Origin: an uncultured bacterium
GTDB taxonomy: Bacteria; Bacillota_I; Bacilli_A; RF39; UBA660
Assembly: GCA_949295285.1 (NCBI GenBank)
Contig: CASFKI010000049.1
Span: 1,506 to 65,505 of the forward strand
DNA: 64,000 nt
Direction: 5' to 3'
Of the stretch, positions 57,542 through 64,000 are shown one piece after another (within the stretch, counting starts at the first letter, position 1; each line of letters opens with the position of its first letter). The translations under genes were made by a program, and so were the position numbers. Below the pieces are notes generated by a model. It was not told where the DNA came from and ran no database searches. It saw only the letters and a program-made list of their open reading frames with translations.

Positions 57542-58864
57542 ATGCTAAAAGTTGAGCCAAGAACATTACCAGGATTTATGGAATTATATCCTCATGAACA
57601 AGTAGAATTTGATAGAATAAAAAATATTATAGTAAACACTTATAGACAATATGGTTTTTATCCTCTAGATACTCCCATTATTGAATATTCAGATGTTTTA
57701 CTTGCCAAGGCTGGTGGTGAAACTGAAAAACAAATATATAGATTTAATAAAGGAGAAAATGATTTATCACTTAGATTTGATTTAACAGTACCCCTTGCTA
57801 AATATGTTGCAAAGAGATATAACGAACTTGCATTTCCATTTAAAAGATACCAGGTTGGAAAAGTATTTAGAGGAGAAAGACCTCAAAAAGGAAGATTTAG
57901 AGAATTCTATCAATGTGATATAGATGTTATTGGTGATGAAGAATTATCAATTAAATATGACAGCGAAATATTAAACATAATATATGATATATTTAGAAAA
58001 TTAAATATTGGTGATTTTGTTATTCAAATTAATAATAGAAAAATATTATCTGGATTCTTTAATAGTCTAAATTTAAATGAAAAAGTAACAGATATATTAA
58101 GAATAATAGATAAAATAGATAAAATAGGTACTGATGAAATTATAAATGAACTTAAAAATATTGATATTTTTCAGGAGCAAATTAATAAGATTATGAATTT
58201 TATTAATATAGATGGATCTAACCAAGAAAAATTAGATAAATTAAAAGCATTAAATATTAATGATGAAACTTATAATAAAGGTATAGAAGAATTAGAAAGT
58301 GTTATTAATGATTTAAGAGCAAGAAGAATGATAAGCAATTATTATGAAATACAATTAACTATTGCACGTGGATTAGATTATTATACTGGTAGTGTATTTG
58401 AAACTAAATTGAAAAATTTTCCAAGTATTGGCAGTGTTTGTTCAGGAGGAAGATATGAGAATTTAGCTGAATATTATACAGATAAGAAATTACCTGGTGT
58501 TGGTGTTTCAATAGGACTTACAAGATTGTTTTATCAACTAGTATCTGAAGGAATAATAAAAACAGATAAATGTAGTAGTTGTGAATTATTAATCATACCT
58601 ATGTGTGATAATTATGAATATGTATATGAAATACAAGATACATTAGTTAATTTAGGAATTAGTGTTAATATCTGTTATCTTGATAAGGGATTAAAACAAA
58701 AATTAAAATATGCTAACAAAATAATGACTAAATATGTTTTGATAATTGGTGAAAATGAAATAAATAAAAATACATTTATTCTAAAGAATATGGATGAGGG
58801 TATCCAATTTGAAATATCAAGGGAAGATATAAATACTATCAAAGAAGTATATTTACAAAATTAA
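57542..58864 (+). CDS. hisS: Histidyl-tRNA synthetase
   Basis: Class II motifs: FRGERPQKGRFREFYQCDIDVIG, GGRYENL, GVSIGLTRL. Anticodon-binding C-terminus. Confidence 0.9.
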   Translation: MLKVEPRTLPGFMELYPHEQVEFDRIKNIIVNTYRQYGFYPLDTPIIEYSDVLLAKAGGETEKQIYRFNKGENDLSLRFDLTVPLAKYVAKRYNELAFPFKRYQVGKVFRGERPQKGRFREFYQCDIDVIGDEELSIKYDSEILNIIYDIFRKLNIGDFVIQINNRKILSGFFNSLNLNEKVTDILRIIDKIDKIGTDEIINELKNIDIFQEQINKIMNFINIDGSNQEKLDKLKALNINDETYNKGIEELESVINDLRARRMISNYYEIQLTIARGLDYYTGSVFETKLKNFPSIGSVCSGGRYENLAEYYTDKKLPGVGVSIGLTRLFYQLVSEGIIKTDKCSSCELLIIPMCDNYEYVYEIQDTLVNLGISVNICYLDKGLKQKLKYANKIMTKYVLIIGENEINKNTFILKNMDEGIQFEISREDINTIKEVYLQN

Positions 58865-58865
58865 T

Positions 58866-58895
58866 TTGACAAATATCGTACATGTGTTTTATAAT
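58866..58895 (+). promoter_or_regulatory. Sigma-A promoter of the asnS leader
   Basis: TTGACA (58866-58871), an 18-nt spacer, then TATAAT (58890-58895). Confidence 0.6.
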
Positions 58896-58899
58896 ATGA

Positions 58900-59107
58900 A
58901 ATATAAATCGTTGATGTGGAGAAGTAGTATATATGTATTTTGAAGAGAGTTAATGTATGGTGAAAATTAATAAATAATATATATGAATAACACCACTGAG
59001 TGGAATATTGAAATTAAGTAAATATTCTCGGCAAGACCGTTATATTAAAAAAGATAATATTAGGATGGTACCGTGCTTATATGCACTCCTTATGCCATCT
59101 TTTTTTA
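58900..59107 (+). promoter_or_regulatory. T-box riboswitch leader, probable Asn (AAC) specifier
   Basis: Stem I agagagttaatgtatggtgaaaatta. Candidate specifier aatAACa (58989-58991). T-box attaggatggtaccgtg (59058-59074). Terminator gatggta..gtgc/gcac..tgccatc, then a T-run. Confidence 0.8.
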
Positions 59108-59131
59108 TTGATTGAAAGGAGAGCGATAATA

Positions 59132-60511
59132 ATGGATGTAAAAGATTTATTTAAAGATATTAAAAAGTATGAAAACAAAGAAGTAATGTTAGAAGGATGG
59201 GTTAGAAATAATAGAAATCAAGCTAATTTTGGGTTTATTGATTTTAATGATGGAACTTATTTTCAAAATTTGCAACTATTTTACGAAAAAGATATAAAAG
59301 ATTTTGATGAAATTAGTAAAATTCATGTAGGTAGTGCAATTAGAGTAAAAGGAATAATTGTTAAATCAATTGGAAGTGGACAGTCTTATGAATTAAAAGT
59401 ATCAAATATTGAAGTACTTGGAAATTGTCCTAGCGATTATCCAATTCAACCTAAGAGGCATACTCGAGAATTTTTAAGGGAAATTGCTTATTTAAGACCA
59501 AGAACTAATATGTTTAATGCAGTTTTTAGAGTTCGTAGTGTTGCTGCCGAGGCTATACATGAATATTTTCAAAAAAATAATTATATATATTTTCATAGTC
59601 CAATAATAACAGGAGCAGATTGCGAAGGAAGCGGACAAATGTTTAATGTAACAACGTTGGATTTAAATAATTTACCATTAACTGATGATAAAAAAGTCGA
59701 TTATAAAAAGGACTTATTTGGCAAACAAACTTATATAACTGGTTCTGGACAATTGCATGGTGAAACTTTTGCTATGGCATTTAAAAAGATTTATACTTTT
59801 GGTCCAACAATGAGAACTGAAAAGTCAAATACTAAAACACATGCTAATGAGTTTTGGATGATTGAGCCAGAAGTAGCCTTTTGCGATTTAAATGGAATAA
59901 TGGATATTGAAGAAGAAATGCTTAAGTTTGTTATTAAATATGTTATGGATAAGTGTCCATTAGAAATAAATTTTTTTGATAAATTTGTAGAAAAAGGATT
60001 AAAGGAGAAATTAGAAAAAGTTATAAATTCTTCTTTTGTTAGGATTACCCACAAAGAAGCAATAACTTTACTCAAAAAAGCAAAAGTAAAATGGGAATTT
60101 ACTCCTGAATATGGAGAAGATATTGCTAAAGAACATGAAAAATACATTACTGAATATTTTAATGGCCCAGTATTTATAACAGATTGGCCAAAAGATATTA
60201 AAGCATTTTATATGAAACTTAATGATGATAATGAAACAGTTGCTGCGGTTGATTTAGAAGTACCTGGTTCTGGAGAACTTATGGGTGGTAGTCAAAGAGA
60301 AGATGATTATGATAAATTAATAAATAGAATGAAAGAATTGAATATTCCAACTGATGATTTAATTTGGTATACTAATTTAAGAAAATTTGGAGGATGTTAT
60401 CATTCTGGATTTGGTTTGGGATTTGAAAGATTAATTATGTATTTAACTGGAATTGAGAATATAAAAGATGTTATTCCTTATCCAAGAACTCCAAATAATT
60501 GTGATTATTAA
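59132..60511 (+). CDS. asnS: Asparaginyl-tRNA synthetase
   Basis: ATG 59132 follows gaaaggagag; the track start at 59081 lies in the T-box terminator. GWVRNNR OB fold, and class II motifs GPTMRTEKSNTKTHANEFWMIEPE and GFGLGFERL. Confidence 0.95.
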   Translation: MDVKDLFKDIKKYENKEVMLEGWVRNNRNQANFGFIDFNDGTYFQNLQLFYEKDIKDFDEISKIHVGSAIRVKGIIVKSIGSGQSYELKVSNIEVLGNCPSDYPIQPKRHTREFLREIAYLRPRTNMFNAVFRVRSVAAEAIHEYFQKNNYIYFHSPIITGADCEGSGQMFNVTTLDLNNLPLTDDKKVDYKKDLFGKQTYITGSGQLHGETFAMAFKKIYTFGPTMRTEKSNTKTHANEFWMIEPEVAFCDLNGIMDIEEEMLKFVIKYVMDKCPLEINFFDKFVEKGLKEKLEKVINSSFVRITHKEAITLLKKAKVKWEFTPEYGEDIAKEHEKYITEYFNGPVFITDWPKDIKAFYMKLNDDNETVAAVDLEVPGSGELMGGSQREDDYDKLINRMKELNIPTDDLIWYTNLRKFGGCYHSGFGLGFERLIMYLTGIENIKDVIPYPRTPNNCDY

Positions 60512-60523
60512 CAAGGAGGATTT

Positions 60524-60820
60524 ATGAATTTTACAGATGAAATGATAGATAATTATGCAAATAATTTATTAATAGGATTAACTGATGATGAAAGAAGAAT
60601 GATTAAAGAAGAGTTTTCATCTATTGAAAAAAATATAGATTTAATAAATGAAATCCCAAATATCAAAGAAGTAGATCCTCTTAGCTATCCATTTGAAATG
60701 GAAATTGATACATTAAGAAACGATGAAAATGAATCTAGTGAAATACCAATAGATATATTACTTAGTAATTGTGATAAAGTAGATGGAAGAGAAGTTGAAG
60801 TTCCAAAGGTGGTAGGATAA
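60524..60820 (+). CDS. gatC: Glu/Asp-tRNA amidotransferase subunit C
   Basis: 98 aa, LTDDE...EVDPLSYP pattern, upstream of gatA/gatB. Confidence 0.9.
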   Translation: MNFTDEMIDNYANNLLIGLTDDERRMIKEEFSSIEKNIDLINEIPNIKEVDPLSYPFEMEIDTLRNDENESSEIPIDILLSNCDKVDGREVEVPKVVG

Positions 60821-62271
60821 TGTTAGAAAAGAATATTAGAGATTTACATAAAAGTTTAATAAATAAAGAAATAACTAGTGATGAATTAGTTAAACTATCT
60901 TTAAATAAATGTCATGAAGTTCAAAAAAAATGCAATGCTTTTGTTACTATTTTAGATGATAGTAAAGGTAGCGAAGTAACCGATAATCTATTATCTGGTA
61001 TACCTTATGGTATTAAAGATAACTTTTCAACAAAAAATATACTAACAACAGCAAGTAGTAATACATTAAAAGATTATGTGCCATTTTATGATGCTACATG
61101 TGTAAAAAAATTAAAAGAAGCAGGATGCATTGGAGTCGCTAAGACTGCATTAGATGAATTTGGAATGGGTGGTAGTGGAATTACTTGTCACACTGGTCCT
61201 GTTAAAAATCCATGGGATATAAAAAGAGTTGCTGGTGGAAGCAGTGCTGGTAGTGCAGCTAGTGTAGCTAGTGGATGCTATCCTTTTGCTCTTGGAAGTG
61301 ATACTGGCGATTCTATTCGTAAACCAGCTGGTTATTGCGGAATAGTAGGATACAAGCCAACTTATGGAATGATCTCTAGATACGGACTTTTACCATATGC
61401 ATCTTCTCTTGACACAGTAGGTGTCTTAACTAGGTGTGTAGAAGATGCCGCAATCGTAGTAGATGCCATGAAAGGTCAAGATGAAAATGACATGACCTCT
61501 TTTGATAGTAGTAATATTAATTTAGAGAAAAATTTAACTAAAGATGTTAAAGGATTAAAATTATTTTATATTAAAGAAATAGCTGATATTAATAGCTATA
61601 AAAATCCAAGTGAAGAATTAAAATTACACATTGAAAATTATAATAAAACCTTAAAATTATGTGAAGAATTAGGAATGAGTATTGCATCGGTAAGTATAGA
61701 TAAAAAAATATTAAATGCACTACCTGCTATATACGATGTCATTTCATATGCAGAAGCAACTAGTAATATGTCTAACTTAACAGGAATATCCTTTGGTCCG
61801 CGAGGAGATGGGAAAACTCCAAATGAAATTATTAAGGACCATAGAACAAAAGGCTTTTCTTCATTAATTAAAAGAAGGTTTGTGATAGGTTCATTTGTGT
61901 TACAAAAAGAAAATCAAGAAAAATATTTTTTAAATGCTAAGAGAGTTAGAAGATTAATAGTTAATATAATGAATGAATTCTTTAAAAAATATGATGCTAT
62001 GATTATGCCTGTTGGAAGTGGAGTGGCTAAATATTTAGATTCATCTTTAAATTTTATCAATGATGAGACTAAGATATTAGAAGAATCTTTGCAAATTGCT
62101 AATCATGGTGGATATCCATCAATTACTATTCCAAATGGATTTATAAATAATTTGCCAGTTGGAGTAAATATTACTGGTATGATTATGAAAGATGAGAAAG
62201 TACTAAATATAGCTTATTTTCTTGAAAATAAATTGGGCTATAAAAATCAAATAGCTAAAGAGGTGAAATAA
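60820..62271 (+). CDS. gatA: Glu/Asp-tRNA amidotransferase subunit A
   Basis: Amidase signature GGSSAGSAASVASG, and GSDTGDSIRKPA. Confidence 0.95.
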   Translation: MLEKNIRDLHKSLINKEITSDELVKLSLNKCHEVQKKCNAFVTILDDSKGSEVTDNLLSGIPYGIKDNFSTKNILTTASSNTLKDYVPFYDATCVKKLKEAGCIGVAKTALDEFGMGGSGITCHTGPVKNPWDIKRVAGGSSAGSAASVASGCYPFALGSDTGDSIRKPAGYCGIVGYKPTYGMISRYGLLPYASSLDTVGVLTRCVEDAAIVVDAMKGQDENDMTSFDSSNINLEKNLTKDVKGLKLFYIKEIADINSYKNPSEELKLHIENYNKTLKLCEELGMSIASVSIDKKILNALPAIYDVISYAEATSNMSNLTGISFGPRGDGKTPNEIIKDHRTKGFSSLIKRRFVIGSFVLQKENQEKYFLNAKRVRRLIVNIMNEFFKKYDAMIMPVGSGVAKYLDSSLNFINDETKILEESLQIANHGGYPSITIPNGFINNLPVGVNITGMIMKDEKVLNIAYFLENKLGYKNQIAKEVK

Positions 62272-63704
62272 TGGAGTATAAAGCAGTTATAGGTTTAGAA
62301 TTTCATTGTGAAATGAAATCTCATACAAAAGTTTTTTCAAAAGCATTAAATGGATATTCTAAATCTTCAAATTCTAATGTTGCACCTCTTGATATGGGAT
62401 TTCCAGGAACATTACCATCAGTGAATATGAAATGCGTTAAAAAATCGCTTATGATGGCACTTATTCTTGGATGCAAAATACCTAAATATTTAGAGTTTGA
62501 TAGAAAGAACTATTATTATCCAGATTTACCTAAAGGATATCAATTAACACAATTTTTTAATCCAATTGGAAAAGATGGTAAAATTAAAATAGATGTTAAT
62601 GGAAAAGAAAAAGATGTATTAATACATGATATTCATTTAGAAGAAGATTCAGCATCTTTAGATCATTATTATGATACATCAAATATTGATTATAATAGAT
62701 CAGGAGTTCCACTATTAGAATTAGTAACTGAGCCATGCTTTAATAGTGCAGATGAAGCTCTTACATTTTTAGAATATATCAAAAGTATATATCAATATAC
62801 TGATATATCAGATTGTGATACTAAAAAAGGTCAAATAAGAGCAGATGTTAATGTTTCAATAATGGATAAAGATTCAAATGAACTTGGAACTAAAGTAGAA
62901 GTTAAAAATGTTAATAGTTTTGATGCAATTAGAAAAACAATTGAATATGAAATTAAAAGACAAAGCGAATTAAAAGAGAATGGGAAATATGATGAAGTAG
63001 TTCAAGAAACTAGAAGATGGGATGATGAAAAAGAAAAAACCATTCATATGAGAAGTAAAGAGGATGCAATAGATTATAAATATTTTACAGATCCAAATAT
63101 TCCTAGATTTAGATTGAGTGATGAATTAATTAATGAAGTGAAATCACAAATTCCACAATTAGCTCATGAAAGAAAAGAAAAGTATATTAAAGAATATAAT
63201 TTATCTGAATATGATGCAAAAGTATTAGTTAAAGATAAAAAGATATCAGATTACTTTGAAGAATGTTTAAAATTAGGATGTGAAGCTAAAAGTGCTTGTA
63301 ATTGGATTACTACTAGATTACTTGGTGAGATAAATTCATCTGATGAGATAACTATAGATAATATATTTATAAGACCCAAAATGGTCTTTGAATTAATAAA
63401 ACTAATAGAAGATAAAAAAATAACTAATAATCAGGGAAAAGAAGTATTTATTAAAATGTTAGAAGAAAAATTAACGCCTAATGAAATTGTAAAAAAATAT
63501 AATATGGAAGTTATTGAGGATAGCAATTTAATTGATAATCTAGTTAATGAAGTTATAATTGAAAATGAAATAGCAATTGAAAACTATAAAAAAGGAAGAA
63601 CTAATATGTTAGATTATTTGGTAGGTCAAGTAATGAAAAAATCTAAAGGAAAAGCAAATCCTATTAGTGTAAAAGAAAAATTATTAAAAAGAATAAATAA
63701 TTAA
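62271..63704 (+). CDS. gatB: Glu/Asp-tRNA amidotransferase subunit B
   Basis: VIGLEFHCE, YYYPDLPKGYQLTQ, and a C-terminal YqeY-like tail. Confidence 0.95.
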   Translation: MEYKAVIGLEFHCEMKSHTKVFSKALNGYSKSSNSNVAPLDMGFPGTLPSVNMKCVKKSLMMALILGCKIPKYLEFDRKNYYYPDLPKGYQLTQFFNPIGKDGKIKIDVNGKEKDVLIHDIHLEEDSASLDHYYDTSNIDYNRSGVPLLELVTEPCFNSADEALTFLEYIKSIYQYTDISDCDTKKGQIRADVNVSIMDKDSNELGTKVEVKNVNSFDAIRKTIEYEIKRQSELKENGKYDEVVQETRRWDDEKEKTIHMRSKEDAIDYKYFTDPNIPRFRLSDELINEVKSQIPQLAHERKEKYIKEYNLSEYDAKVLVKDKKISDYFEECLKLGCEAKSACNWITTRLLGEINSSDEITIDNIFIRPKMVFELIKLIEDKKITNNQGKEVFIKMLEEKLTPNEIVKKYNMEVIEDSNLIDNLVNEVIIENEIAIENYKKGRTNMLDYLVGQVMKKSKGKANPISVKEKLLKRINN

Positions 63705-63787
63705 AAAATTTAATTTTAAAATTTCTTTTTTATTATATATTGAAATAAATTATGTAAAATGTTATCATATTTATAGTAGGTGATAAT

Positions 63788-64000
63788 ATGATAAAAAGAA
63801 TAAAAAAAATCGTGTTTTTATTATTGTTATTCATGCCATTTCTTATTAAAGCTGATGAGAATTATTCAAGTGCTGTAAAATTTGCTAATTCATATATTGA
63901 TAGTTTTATTGAATATGATAAGTATATTTTATTTCCAAAAGATGGCTATTTTTTCAATGAAAGTAAGAAAAATGGTAATTTTAAACATGGAGGTTTTTTA
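63788..64000 (+). CDS. 5' part of a secreted protein paralogous to the N-terminus of ORF 36117..38135; 3' end outside window
   Basis: ATG 63788 follows taggtga. Signal peptide MIKRIKKIVFLLLLFMPFLIKA. ADENYSSAVKFANSYI...KHGGFL parallels ADSFDEADKIANEYL...VNGGFI. Confidence 0.5.
   Translation, partial: MIKRIKKIVFLLLLFMPFLIKADENYSSAVKFANSYIDSFIEYDKYILFPKDGYFFNESKKNGNFKHGGFL

Noticed and set aside
59081-59131. The upstream ATG (59081) given by the track for asnS.
   Set aside because: This ATG lies inside the T-box terminator hairpin and T-run. ATG 59132 has a proper RBS and yields the conserved AsnRS N-terminus.

Overview
This window is 64 kb of a very AT-rich Bacillota-type chromosome using the standard code (TGA is a stop, Trp is TGG). 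All calls rest on my reading of the translated ORFs and the DNA. No BLAST or HMM search was possible, so family names come from motif recall.

The content is almost entirely core housekeeping genes on the + strand. Only a FemAB-like gene and RNase J are on the - strand.

Blocks syntenic with Bacillus subtilis:
- yqfC-yqfD-(VanZ)-ybeY-dgkA-cdd-era-yqzL-recO
- promoter/CIRCE-hrcA-grpE-dnaK-(pepF)-dnaJ
- (unknown)-dnaG-sigA-trmK
- ackA, nrnA, engB
- ecfA-ecfA'-ecfT-truA
- Leu T-box-(small membrane ORF)-leuS
- scpA-scpB, PPIase, folD, ttcA-like, rny
- tRNA-Ala, superoxide reductase, rnj, ftsY-ylxM, SPFH protein, hisS
- Asn T-box-asnS-gatCAB

Sporulation genes (yqfC, yqfD, spoVIF-like) suggest a spore-forming lineage. 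I saw no rRNA, CRISPR array, transposase, integrase or phage genes.

Accessory or odd content worth a second look:
1. An ECF-transporter energizing module whose two ATPases have both lost canonical ABC motifs yet remain intact ORFs.
2. A tightly packed three-gene unit: HerA/DUF87-like ATPase, cytoplasmic GH31 glycosidase and a small membrane-anchored protein.
3. A dispersed family of ComGC-like pseudopilin proteins. One is an orphan canonical prepilin. Two have non-canonical N-termini and sit where ffh would be expected after ftsY-ylxM.
4. A small 3-TM ORF placed between the Leu T-box and leuS and overlapping leuS.
5. A secreted protein with a B-repeat and an extreme glycine-rich C-terminal domain, with a paralog starting at the window end.
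6. A run of low-complexity single-pass membrane proteins, the last overlapping the scpA start.
7. A decaying islet between recO and hrcA holding two multiply disrupted pseudogenes. One is bracketed by a duplicated terminator hairpin.

None of these is proven novel. Each needs database and structure checks.
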